From the NCBI GenBank assembly GCA_031367385.1, contig JANLPS010000100.1:1-36711 (forward strand): a DNA stretch of 36,711 bases, written 5' to 3'. The notes under the pieces were generated by a model. It made no database searches. It saw only the letters and a list, made by a program, of their open reading frames with translations, and was not told where the DNA came from. The stretch is from Archangium sp. GTDB taxonomy: Bacteria; Myxococcota; Myxococcia; Myxococcales; Myxococcaceae. The position numbers were made by a program, and so were the translations under genes. Of the stretch, positions 18,147 through 26,888 are shown piece by piece; position 1 is the first letter of the stretch; the number at the start of each line of letters is the position of its first letter.

Positions 18147-18721
18147 CAATACGGCTTTTGACCGACGTAGTTGCCAGGGGGCGAGTAGTCGCAGACCCAG
18201 AAGAACCAGGTGCCGTTGCCCAAGGGCGAGTTGGTCGTGCAGGTTGCCTTGCCGCAGCCCAGGGAAGTCGAGGTTCTCCACACCACCTGGGTGTAGTGGC
18301 CGCAGACCTTCGAGGGGGCGCAGGTGTTCGTGGCGTAGGTGTAGTTGGCTGACTCGTTCGTCCAATTGTCGACTACCTCGGCGGGGGCGGTGTCGGCGGT
18401 CGAGGCGTAGAGGTCTTCGCCGTACCCCGAGCCGGTGTTGTGCTCGAACTTGCAACGGTCGGCCCATGCCTGGGCAGTGGTGGCGACGGTGGTGCTCCAC
18501 GCCATCTCGGGGAGCGCTGGCACGGGGGTCGGCATGGCTGCCGCTCGCGCTTCGTTGTGTCTTGCCAGCAGCTGGGTTTGCCAGGTGTTCGAAACCTGAC
18601 CTGAGTCAGGGGCAGAGGCCGAGCCGGCGTCAGCAGCGGCGGGCCCGGCATCGCCCTCGGGCGGCAGGGTCGAGGTGGCACCACAGGCGGTCAGCACCAG
18701 TACGCTGAGCAACCGCTTCAT
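18146..18721 (-). CDS. CAP (SCP/PR-1) domain lipoprotein
   Basis: Lipobox LTAC; 'HNEAR', 'YGEDLY', 'CGHYTQVVW', 'VCDYSPPGNYVGQKPY' PR-1 signatures. Confidence 0.93.
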   Translation of the reverse strand: MKRLLSVLVLTACGATSTLPPEGDAGPAAADAGSASAPDSGQVSNTWQTQLLARHNEARAAAMPTPVPALPEMAWSTTVATTAQAWADRCKFEHNTGSGYGEDLYASTADTAPAEVVDNWTNESANYTYATNTCAPSKVCGHYTQVVWRTSTSLGCGKATCTTNSPLGNGTWFFWVCDYSPPGNYVGQKPY

Positions 18722-19752
18722 TCACTCACCACGGTCGGCTTCGGTTTCGAGCCGCGCAAGATCTCGTACGACGCCTTCTTGCCGTCGACGGTGACGATCG
18801 CCGCGAGCCCGTAGGCGGTCGAGCCATCGTTGAGGCGCCACAGCAACGGGTTGGCTGAGCCCTGGTCGAGGTAGAATGCGCTCAGCAGCTTGTTCGCTGG
18901 CACGTGCTTGCCGCCGAGGTCGGTGGCGTACGCGCCTGCTTCGAGAATGTGGCCGAAGACGCCGAATTGAACCTTGGCGTTGGTAATGACCTGGGTCAGT
19001 TGCGGGTCGCCCACGTTGTCGGCGCCGGGCACGTAGTCGATCGCTTGCTGGCCGCGTTGCCGAGGTGGCCCGTGGGTGAGCAGCACCACGGTATCGTCAG
19101 CGGCGGCCGCGGCTCGCTCGACCGCGTCGAGGTCTTTGTCTTTGTAAATGCAGCCGCCCGCCAGATGCAGGTAGGCCTTGTCGAAGTAGCCCGCCAGCGA
19201 CACCACATCGACCCCGTCACCGTCGTACCGGCGAATGGTGTCGAAGTTGAGCAGGTGTTTGTTGCCCGCTTGCCGAAGCGCGAGAATCGAGTGGTTCAAG
19301 GCGGCGGCGCGCTCCATGTTGCCGGCGATGATCAGCACGGGTCGTCGGGTCGCCCCGGCGAGAAACCCCAAGATGCGGTCGAGATCGCCAGGCTCGCTGG
19401 CAGTGTCACCGCCGACCAAGACCGCATCGACGTCGGCCTTCTCGAAGGCGTTGAGAAACCTCGCCACCGTCGCCTGCGTCTCGGGCTCGAGGTCTTTGAT
19501 GCCGGCGAGCACGCCCAACTTGGGCTGCTTGCCTGCGCGTGGCTTCACCCGGCGCACCTTCACCGTGCCGCCCGTGTGCTCGAAGCGAAAATCACCTTGC
19601 TCGATCACCTCAGCGGGCGAAAAATGCTCGAACGGCCCGTTGCAATCGAACTGGTACGCGTCCTCCCACCCCGAGAAAGTGGTCGGAGTCTCGGCGTGGG
19701 CGAGCGCCCCTGCCACCAGCACCCCGAGAAAAATCAGACGCGGCACCGTCAT
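18718..19752 (-). CDS. Secreted calcineurin-like metallophosphoesterase (atypical motifs)
   Basis: Signal peptide ending AHA; 'GGD', 'AGNME', 'LLTHGPP', 'FGHI' match the metallophosphoesterase fold; ATGA overlaps at both ends. Confidence 0.75.
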   Translation of the reverse strand: MTVPRLIFLGVLVAGALAHAETPTTFSGWEDAYQFDCNGPFEHFSPAEVIEQGDFRFEHTGGTVKVRRVKPRAGKQPKLGVLAGIKDLEPETQATVARFLNAFEKADVDAVLVGGDTASEPGDLDRILGFLAGATRRPVLIIAGNMERAAALNHSILALRQAGNKHLLNFDTIRRYDGDGVDVVSLAGYFDKAYLHLAGGCIYKDKDLDAVERAAAAADDTVVLLTHGPPRQRGQQAIDYVPGADNVGDPQLTQVITNAKVQFGVFGHILEAGAYATDLGGKHVPANKLLSAFYLDQGSANPLLWRLNDGSTAYGLAAIVTVDGKKASYEILRGSKPKPTVVSE

Positions 19753-21920
19753 GGTCCTTTCTTCTTGTCCCAGTCGGCGGGGAGCACAGTGACGTCGGTC
19801 GGGCTCTCGGGTGGCGCGACGGTGCCCCCGTCAGTGGTGGCCTCTCGCTGCGCCGCATACGATTTGGTGTCTTCGTGCGTGATGTTTTGTTTGGGTATCT
19901 CGCCCGTGCCCTGGCTCGTCGTGAGCACGCGAAAGCGATCTCGGTATTGGTCTCGTTCCTGTACTGCCTTGGCCCGCGCACTCCGCTCCTGGTCGAGCTG
20001 GCGGCCGAGCGCTTCGACTTGCAGCTGAGCGCGGTCACGCTCTGAGACCACGTTGACCGCGGTGGCCTTCTCGGCGTCGAGGGCGGCCCGCAGCGCGCCC
20101 AGCTCGGCCTTGAGGGCTTCGACGCCGGCCCCGCCAGCGATGCGCTGGTGCAAGCCGCGTGCGACGTTTCGCGCTTCGTCGCGCTCGGCGAGGAGTGTCG
20201 CGGCGGTGGTCTCGTGTTGGGCGGCCACGCGCTGCGCCTCGGCAGCGGCTTGTTGCTGAAGCTCGACCGCGCTCTGCATGGCCTGGAGTTGGCTGTTGAG
20301 TTGCTCGAGCTGATCTCGAAACATGTCTCGCTCCTGGGCCGCTCCGTTGCGTTGCTCCACCGCGTGCGCGAACGCTTCTTCTCGGGCCTCGAGGCTCGAT
20401 TGGGTCGTGCCCCGTGCGCCCTCGCTGGCGGCGAGGTCACTTCGAAGCATTTCCACCTCGGTTGCCAGGGCCTGTTCGCGTTGCTCGTGTGCCGCGCGGA
20501 CATCCTCGAGCTGAGCTGAAACCTGACTTCGGTCAGCTTCGGCTTGCGCAATCGAAGAGCGCAGCGCTTCCTCGCGAACCTGCGCGGCGACGAGCTCGTC
20601 GGCGTGGGCCTGCACCAGCTGGTGACGTTCTGCGGCAGTGGCCGCCAGCGCTTGCTCTCTCGCCGCCAATGAATCTCTCATCGCCAGCCGCGATTGCTCG
20701 GCACTGGTGCGGTCCCCATCGAGCGCTGCGTGGAGGTCTTCAAGCTCTCGCTCCAGCCGCTCGCGGGTCGCCTTGACCTCGAGCAACTCGGCGTTTCGCT
20801 GATCGAGCTCGTGCTGCATGGTGGTCTTGACGTCGTTGAGCGCGCGATCGAGCTCGGCGGCCGAGGCGGTGACTGCAGCAAGCTCGTTCGTCAGCTGACC
20901 CTGGTCATTTTCACTCGAGGCGCGTGCTTCGGCGAGCTCGGCGGCGACCTTCTCGGCCTCGGCCTTGGCGGTCGTGATCGCTTCGGCCTGAGCCTCGAGC
21001 GTCGAGGTGGCTGCTGCGAGCTGAACGGCCAGGCGCTCGGTTTCACGCTTCGCATCGGCGAGCTCGGTGCTTTGGCTCTCGGTCGTGGCCTTCAGGGTCG
21101 CGAGCTCGGCGGCGGCGGTCGTGAGCGCCGTCGCCAGGCGCTGGGCTTCACCCTTCGCCTCGGTCAGCTGGGTGCCCTCGGTCGCTGATGCGGCTCTGAG
21201 GGTCGAGAGCTCGGCGCTCGCGGCGGTGAGCTCGGTTGCCAGGCGGGCCCGCTCTGTCTCGGCGGTATCTCGCGCTGCGCGCGCCTCATTCGCCTGTCCG
21301 ACCAGCGTCGTCGTGCCGGTGTCGAGCTCGCCGCGCAGCCGTTCGAGCTCGGTGCGGGCCTTCTCTCGCTCGCCCAGCAACGTGAGCCGCGACTCTTTCT
21401 CGACCTGCGTCGCCGCCCTCGCTGCTGCCGTCTCGGCCTCGAGGGCCTGCCGCTCGGTGCTCGCTTCTTCACGCGCCTGCTCGAGGGTCTGCCTCAGACC
21501 GCGGAGGTCTTGGCTCAGCGCGGCCGCGCGATCTCGGGCTTCATCTCGCTCGGTGGTCAGCTGCGCGGCGGTCACATCAGCCCCCGTGGTCAGTGCCTGC
21601 ATTTGCTGCCGCAGCGATGCCAGCTCTGCTTCGAGCGCCTGGGTCTTGGTCTCATCGATGACGATCACGGGTACATCGACGCCTTCGACGCTTCGGCGGG
21701 CGAGCGATGAAAGACGGGTCGCTCCATCGGCTGCGACGTCGAACGCCACTCGCAGTTGCCCGACGACCGGCGCGTCGATCACCAGGCCGAAGGTGCCGTT
21801 GTCGACCGCAAGACCGACGTCGATTGTGCCGAATTCGGCGTCGGCGTGGAGCCCGGTCTCAAACGTCGCCGGGCCTCGGCTGCGGCTGCTGACGCCAGCG
21901 CGTGCGGGTGCATTCGTCAT
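19749..21920 (-). CDS. Long coiled-coil protein with small N-terminal beta domain
   Basis: About 590 aa of A/E/R/L heptads; TACGTT 6 nt upstream of the ATG. Confidence 0.8.
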   Translation of the reverse strand: MTNAPARAGVSSRSRGPATFETGLHADAEFGTIDVGLAVDNGTFGLVIDAPVVGQLRVAFDVAADGATRLSSLARRSVEGVDVPVIVIDETKTQALEAELASLRQQMQALTTGADVTAAQLTTERDEARDRAAALSQDLRGLRQTLEQAREEASTERQALEAETAAARAATQVEKESRLTLLGEREKARTELERLRGELDTGTTTLVGQANEARAARDTAETERARLATELTAASAELSTLRAASATEGTQLTEAKGEAQRLATALTTAAAELATLKATTESQSTELADAKRETERLAVQLAAATSTLEAQAEAITTAKAEAEKVAAELAEARASSENDQGQLTNELAAVTASAAELDRALNDVKTTMQHELDQRNAELLEVKATRERLERELEDLHAALDGDRTSAEQSRLAMRDSLAAREQALAATAAERHQLVQAHADELVAAQVREEALRSSIAQAEADRSQVSAQLEDVRAAHEQREQALATEVEMLRSDLAASEGARGTTQSSLEAREEAFAHAVEQRNGAAQERDMFRDQLEQLNSQLQAMQSAVELQQQAAAEAQRVAAQHETTAATLLAERDEARNVARGLHQRIAGGAGVEALKAELGALRAALDAEKATAVNVVSERDRAQLQVEALGRQLDQERSARAKAVQERDQYRDRFRVLTTSQGTGEIPKQNITHEDTKSYAAQREATTDGGTVAPPESPTDVTVLPADWDKKKGP
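21015..21254 (-). repeat. Intragenic 105-bp (35-aa) degenerate tandem repeat, about 2.3 copies
   Basis: GCCAGGCG (RLA codons on the minus strand) recurs at 21028, 21133 and 21238. Confidence 0.7.
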
Positions 21921-21988
21921 GGCGAGAACGTAGTCCGTTCGGTGCGCAGTCGCGAAAACCTCACCGGCCTTGGGCTATGGTCGCCGCC

Positions 21989-22540
21989 GTGACCCGCCCG
22001 CTCACCCTGGCCTTCGTTTGCCTCTGCTCAATCGGCTGTGCGCGAAAGGGGCCCGAAGCGAACCAGACCTACTTCTGGCAGGTCACCAGCTCGAACCTCG
22101 AGTGGGGCGCCTGCGGCGACTCGGCCACCCTGCGCGGGGGCGTGATGCCCATCGCGATCGCCGCCAATAGCTTTCTCATCTACAAGGTTGATTCGACTGG
22201 GAAAAAAGGGGTCTCGCAGAGCTGCCCGCGGCTCGATGTGGGCACCTGCACCGACTCCGCCACCAACATCGTATTCGACATCGTGGGCACCGAGCTCACC
22301 TACACCTCTGAGCGCAAAGACCCGGTGCAAGGCAGCGCCTGCAAAGTGCAGCAAAACGAGACGTGGACGTTGGCCGACAAGATCACCACCATCACGCTGG
22401 AAATCGACACCGTGCTCTCGCTGGTCGGCAGCGACACCGACTGCCCGAAGCTCGAGGCCAACGTGAAGGCTGACTCGCCCAACGGCCTGGGTGTCGGCGG
22501 GTGTGTGCTGACGAGAAAGCTCGAAGGCACGCTCAAGTAG
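21989..22540 (+). CDS. Cysteine-containing beta-rich lipoprotein
   Basis: 'TRPLTLAFVCLCSIGC' lipobox. GTG 21989 is preferred because TATGGT lies 7 nt upstream; ATG 21977 is the alternative. Confidence 0.75.
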   Translation: MTRPLTLAFVCLCSIGCARKGPEANQTYFWQVTSSNLEWGACGDSATLRGGVMPIAIAANSFLIYKVDSTGKKGVSQSCPRLDVGTCTDSATNIVFDIVGTELTYTSERKDPVQGSACKVQQNETWTLADKITTITLEIDTVLSLVGSDTDCPKLEANVKADSPNGLGVGGCVLTRKLEGTLK

Positions 22541-23765
22541 TCAGCACGATCTTGACGATCTCGGGGGGCGAGCCGACCCGCATCGGCACGCCGACGAACC
22601 CACAGCCCCGGCTGGTGAACTGCCAGGTACCGTCGTACTTCGAGAGCCCGGCGTTGCGGTTGCCCCAGATGAGAGAACCAATCACCGTCGCGGGGAAGAC
22701 CTGACCTCCGTGCGTGTGGCCGCTGAGCTGAAGGCCGATGCGCTTCGCGGCGACCGCGTCGAGGTTCGAGGGCTGGTGCGCCATCAACACCGAGGCGCGC
22801 TGCGGGTCTCGGCCTTTGACGGCTTTTTCGAGGTCGTACTCGCCCGCGCCCCAGCGAGCGCCCAGATCTTCGACGCCCATCAGGTCGAATGATGCGCCCG
22901 CGTCTCCAATCTCGACGCGGCGGTTGCGCAGCAGGTTGAACCCGATGCCGGGCAGCACCGCGGCCCACTCTTCCCAGCCTGAATAGTAATCATGATTACC
23001 ACTGCAGAAATACACGCCATGTGGGGCGCGAAGGTTTTGAAATCGGGCAACGTAGCGGCCCAGCTGGCCGGGGCTGCCGTCGACCAGGTCTCCGGTGATG
23101 GCGATCAGGTCGGGCTTGCAGCCGTTGGTGCCTTCGACCAGCACATCGAGAAATTTTTCTTGAATCATCGCGCCGACGTGAATGTCGGAGAGCTGCACGA
23201 TGGTGAACCCGTCGAGCGCCTTGGGCAAGAAGGGCAGCTTGATCGGCACCTCGGTGATCTGCGGAGGCGTGAGCGCGCGGTAGGCGCCGTACACCGAGGT
23301 GGCTCCGCCGACGGTGAGCGCGGTGGCGGCGACTGCGCGCGAGAGAAACAGGCGACGCTCGGGGTTTTCAACCTCCGTTCGTTCTGAGGCCGTCGAAAGC
23401 CCCTGGAGTCGACCGCCGTTTTCATCTGCATTCAGCTGCGCATCAGGAACAACGGGAGCGGCCTTCAGGCGCCGTGTCGAGACCCAACGCACGAGGTCGA
23501 GCACCAGCAGGCACAACATCGTGAACAAGACAAAGCCCATCAGGCTGAGCACGATTCGGTTGAGCCAGTAGGGCACTGCCTCGGTCGCGAAGCCGAGGCG
23601 CGCGAAGGGCAGGGCAATCACCGGCGTCATCAGTGCGACGGTCGCCGCGATTCGGGCACCGCGGTGTGTGGTCGTGTCTCGCACTAGGCGGCGGTACACG
23701 TAGGTGCAGATCAGCCCGAGAATGCTCAGAGAAATCAGCGCGGCCAGCACGCGAAACAACGTCAT
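22533..23765 (-). CDS. Membrane-anchored metallophosphoesterase (YkuE/YaeI-like)
   Basis: Canonical 'SDIH', 'TGDLVD', 'GNHD', 'AHQP', 'GHTHGGQ' motifs; N-terminal TM helices. Confidence 0.92.
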   Translation of the reverse strand: MTLFRVLAALISLSILGLICTYVYRRLVRDTTTHRGARIAATVALMTPVIALPFARLGFATEAVPYWLNRIVLSLMGFVLFTMLCLLVLDLVRWVSTRRLKAAPVVPDAQLNADENGGRLQGLSTASERTEVENPERRLFLSRAVAATALTVGGATSVYGAYRALTPPQITEVPIKLPFLPKALDGFTIVQLSDIHVGAMIQEKFLDVLVEGTNGCKPDLIAITGDLVDGSPGQLGRYVARFQNLRAPHGVYFCSGNHDYYSGWEEWAAVLPGIGFNLLRNRRVEIGDAGASFDLMGVEDLGARWGAGEYDLEKAVKGRDPQRASVLMAHQPSNLDAVAAKRIGLQLSGHTHGGQVFPATVIGSLIWGNRNAGLSKYDGTWQFTSRGCGFVGVPMRVGSPPEIVKIVLTT

Positions 23766-24171
23766 GGCGGCGATGCTAACGCTCGGCGCGGCCCCCGGCT
23801 CCCGTTTCGCGCCTGCCGCAATGCTTCTTCACCGAGTGGCGGCCTCGCGATGCCAGGCCGGCAAGAGTGCCGGGGGCTTTTCGAGCCCTGAGGTGCGGTG
23901 GGGGTCGAGGGTTTCGGGTGCTCCGAGCTTCAGGCCTCGCCGATGGCCAAGAGCGCGGCGGCGCTCGCGCGGTCATTCGCCCCCCCGGGTTCGCCGAGCG
24001 ACTCGAGGCTTGACGCCGTGAAATCATCGGTGCGCCCGCGACCCGGCTCGGGCATTGACAAAGCTGGGGCCACGTTTGGGGTCGGCGTCGGTTCAAGGCT
24101 TTGAGCACTGACGTGACCGAAATGAACCCTCGAGGCGCGCGCGGATAACTCGGCGTTCGGAGCTCGCGCGG

Positions 24172-24261
24172 CGCCAACGGCAGCACGACGGGTATCTGCA
24201 GCGCGAGCAAGCGCCCCGGCGATTGATGTGTGGCCCGCAGGGCAAGCGTGTCGGGTCTGGC
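24172..24261 (-). pseudogene. Degenerate duplicate of the 3' part of the neighbouring zinc-ribbon gene
   Basis: 24172-24219 matches 24311-24358 at 43/48 nt, with gapped similarity beyond that. Confidence 0.55.
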
Positions 24262-24301
24262 CAGCAACGCGCCCGTGATGCGATGGGCTCGCCGCTCAGC
24301 G

Positions 24302-24556
24302 CTAGAGCCCCGCCAACAGCAACACGACGGGTATCAGCAGCGCCAGCGAGCGCCCCGGGCGGCTGAACGCCGAGCGGGTGTGGCAGCGCGCGCACATCAA
24401 GGCGTGCCGAACCTGGCGGGTGAAGAGTGCAAACCGCGCCAACCGGTAGCTGAGAATCACGCGAACGACGTGGTGCGGGAGCACCTGATCGCAGGAGCCG
24501 CAGCGCGCTCGGCACTGGCCCACCGTCTTCAGCTGCTGTGCTCCTCGAAATCCCAT
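24302..24556 (-). CDS. Small zinc-ribbon membrane protein
   Basis: CGSC...CARC pairs and a hydrophobic C-terminus; same strand as ampG, 53 nt downstream. Confidence 0.6.
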   Translation of the reverse strand: MGFRGAQQLKTVGQCRARCGSCDQVLPHHVVRVILSYRLARFALFTRQVRHALMCARCHTRSAFSRPGRSLALLIPVVLLLAGL

Positions 24557-24609
24557 GCCGCGTAGACCCGAGGGGCCCGAACGGCGTGAAAATTTTCTCG
24601 GCGCCAGAA

Positions 24610-26151
24610 TTAATCAACGATTACATTGGGTTGCCCGCGTGCTGCCCGGTATGCAGCGACCGCCAGCCCGCATAAAAGCCCGAACAGCGCGGCGCCGACG
24701 AGGTCGATCGCGTCGGTTACCGAGCCCGGCTGGAGCACCTGCAGCACCGCCGCGCCCAGGTTGAAGGGGTCGTGATCTTTCACCGCCCGAAGCGCGTTGA
24801 GCAGCCCCGCGCCACAGACTCCCGTGATGAAGGCGAGCACCGCCGAGGCCAGCCCCGCGCTCCACAGCTGCGGCGTCGACCACGGCGGCCCGGGAGGCAC
24901 GATCTTCGCCGAGTCGGCCTCGAGCACCGTCAAGTCAGGCTTCGACCACGGCGCGAACTGGTGCAGCAAGACCAAGCCTGGTATCGCTGCCGGTATCGAC
25001 AGCAGAAAAAAATCGCGCCAACCCAACGAGAACGCGAGGGCGCCCGCGGGAGGCCCGGAGATGGTGCGACCCAGCGCGGCCAAGCTGGTCAACAAGGCGA
25101 ACTGCGTCGCGGAAAACCGCTTCTGGGTCAGCTTGAGCAACAAGATCGCGAACGCCGCGTTGCCCAGGCCGCTGGTGAAATTTTCGATCGCCACGCCCGA
25201 GTACAACAGCGCTCGATCGACCGGCGCGCCAGCGATCCACGCGTAGCCCAGGTTGCCGAGGCCTTGAATGACGCCGAAAATCCACAGTGCGCGGGTGACG
25301 CCGATGCGCTGGGTGACGATGCCGCCGACTACCGTGCCCGCCGAGACCGAGATCATCAACGCCAGGCCGCTGCCGACCCCGACGTCCCATTCGCTGTAGC
25401 CGTGCTTGAGTAGAAACGGCCGCACCAACGCGCCGGCGAGGTTGTCGGCCAGCTTGTACACGAAGACGAACGCGGTGAGCTCGAGCGCCCGGCTGCGCGA
25501 CAAGAACCCGACGAAGGGTTGCCACAGCGCGTCTCGCAGACTCGTCACCGGCGCCGGCGGCGTGCGCACCTCGGCCGCCAACACCGTCACCGGCATCAGC
25601 GCCACCACGATGCCCGCCAAGGCAAGAATCGTCGTTCGCCACCCCCACACCGGCCCGAGCGAGATGGCCACGTTGCCCGAGACCCACATCGCGGCGCGGT
25701 AGAGGGCGGTGCGGCCGCTGGTGGCGGCCCCATACTCAGAGGGCTCGAGCACCTCGACCGCGTAGGCGTCGTAGGCGATGTCTTGCGAGGCCGAGGCGAA
25801 GGAGATGAGCACCATCAGCCCAGCGACCACCCCGACCGAGGGCGCGGTGGCGACCCAGGCCAACGCCGAGAGGCACAGCACCAGCACCGCTTGCGTCACC
25901 AACACCCAGCCCCGCTTGCGACCCAGAAATGGCGGCCAGAACCGGTCCATCAGGGGTGACCAGAGAAACTTGAACGCGTACGGCACCTGCGCGAGCGTGA
26001 TCACGCCCACCGTTTTGATGTCGACCCCGACCGTCGTCATCCACACCGGTATGGCGAAGATCACCAAGCCGAGCGGGAGCCCGGAAGAAATCGACAACAG
26101 CGAAACCGAGGCGACGCGCCAACTCGAAAACGCGCCCGCCGATTGTTTCAC
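24610..26151 (-). CDS. ampG: AmpG family muropeptide MFS permease
   Basis: 'SSGLPLGL', '[14 protein letters not shown]', 'GRKRGW', '[11 protein letters not shown]', '[12 protein letters not shown]'; GTGA overlap with the nuoI stop. Confidence 0.93.
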   Translation of the reverse strand: MKQSAGAFSSWRVASVSLLSISSGLPLGLVIFAIPVWMTTVGVDIKTVGVITLAQVPYAFKFLWSPLMDRFWPPFLGRKRGWVLVTQAVLVLCLSALAWVATAPSVGVVAGLMVLISFASASQDIAYDAYAVEVLEPSEYGAATSGRTALYRAAMWVSGNVAISLGPVWGWRTTILALAGIVVALMPVTVLAAEVRTPPAPVTSLRDALWQPFVGFLSRSRALELTAFVFVYKLADNLAGALVRPFLLKHGYSEWDVGVGSGLALMISVSAGTVVGGIVTQRIGVTRALWIFGVIQGLGNLGYAWIAGAPVDRALLYSGVAIENFTSGLGNAAFAILLLKLTQKRFSATQFALLTSLAALGRTISGPPAGALAFSLGWRDFFLLSIPAAIPGLVLLHQFAPWSKPDLTVLEADSAKIVPPGPPWSTPQLWSAGLASAVLAFITGVCGAGLLNALRAVKDHDPFNLGAAVLQVLQPGSVTDAIDLVGAALFGLLCGLAVAAYRAARGQPNVIVD

Positions 26152-26888
26152 TTCAGAAACTTGGTCACCGCGACGGGCTTCGAGTGATCGATCTCGATGC
26201 TGATGCCGCCAGCGATCTTGTACCCGGGCACGCCGTCACCGATGCGGGTGTGCTTCTCCATTGGTTGGTGATCAGGCTCTTGCGAGCTGCCGCGCTTGAA
26301 CCACGGGTCTGACGGGTGTGACACCGGCGGCCCCTTGAGCAACTTGGGTATGTCGTAGACGAAGCCCTGGCGCGTGTACTCGCTGGGCGTGTGCATGTAC
26401 GTGTCCATTCGAATGGCGTCTTTGGGGCACGCGTCGACGCACAGACCGCAGACGATGCAGCGAAGCTCGTCGATGACGAAGGCCTTCGGGTACTTCTCGA
26501 TCGTGCGCGACTCGGCGTTCTCGGCCGAGGTGTCGTACTCACCGGCCTCGATGTAAATGCACTGCGCCGGGCAGATGGTCGCGCACATGTAACAGGCCAC
26601 GCAACGCGGCTTGCCATCGTCGCGGGGCACCAGGCGGTGCAGCCCGCGGTACCCCGGCGGGTAGTCGACCTTCTCTTCGGGGTATTGCACCGTCGAGACG
26701 AGTGACATGCCCTTGCGGTCGATGACCTCGGGGTTCGGGTCGCGGGTGCCGAAGAGGTTGCGCAAAAAGTGCTTCGTGGTCAGCGCAATGCCCTTGAGCA
26801 GCTCTGGCACGAACGTTCGTTCGCGCAGATCTTTCTCGACCAACTCTTTTTTCGCCGCCACGTCGTGGCCGTGTGTCGCGTTTGACAT
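26148..26888 (-). CDS. nuoI: NADH-quinone oxidoreductase subunit I
   Basis: 'TVQYPEEK', 'YRGLHRL' and two CxxCxxCxxxCP ferredoxin motifs. Confidence 0.95.
   Translation of the reverse strand: MSNATHGHDVAAKKELVEKDLRERTFVPELLKGIALTTKHFLRNLFGTRDPNPEVIDRKGMSLVSTVQYPEEKVDYPPGYRGLHRLVPRDDGKPRCVACYMCATICPAQCIYIEAGEYDTSAENAESRTIEKYPKAFVIDELRCIVCGLCVDACPKDAIRMDTYMHTPSEYTRQGFVYDIPKLLKGPPVSHPSDPWFKRGSSQEPDHQPMEKHTRIGDGVPGYKIAGGISIEIDHSKPVAVTKFLK

Noticed and set aside
24085..24135. 6S RNA-like fragment (GGTTCAAGG, TGAACCC)
   Set aside because: Only short word matches; no long closing stem or zapA-type context was found.
23776..24267. 163-aa minus-strand ORF
   Set aside because: Arg/Pro-rich, non-protein-like composition; its only meaningful part is the degenerate duplicate segment.
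24172..24358. Repeat pair as a diversity-generating retroelement TR/VR
   Set aside because: The five mismatches are not confined to adenines on either strand (g/a, g/a, t/a, g/c, a/g), indels are present, and no reverse transcriptase gene is in the window.
24449..24490. TPP-riboswitch-like words GCTGAGA...ACCTGATC on the + strand
   Set aside because: The ACCC and TAAT-x-CC...CG-AGG elements are missing, the site is antisense within a CDS, and no thiamine gene follows.
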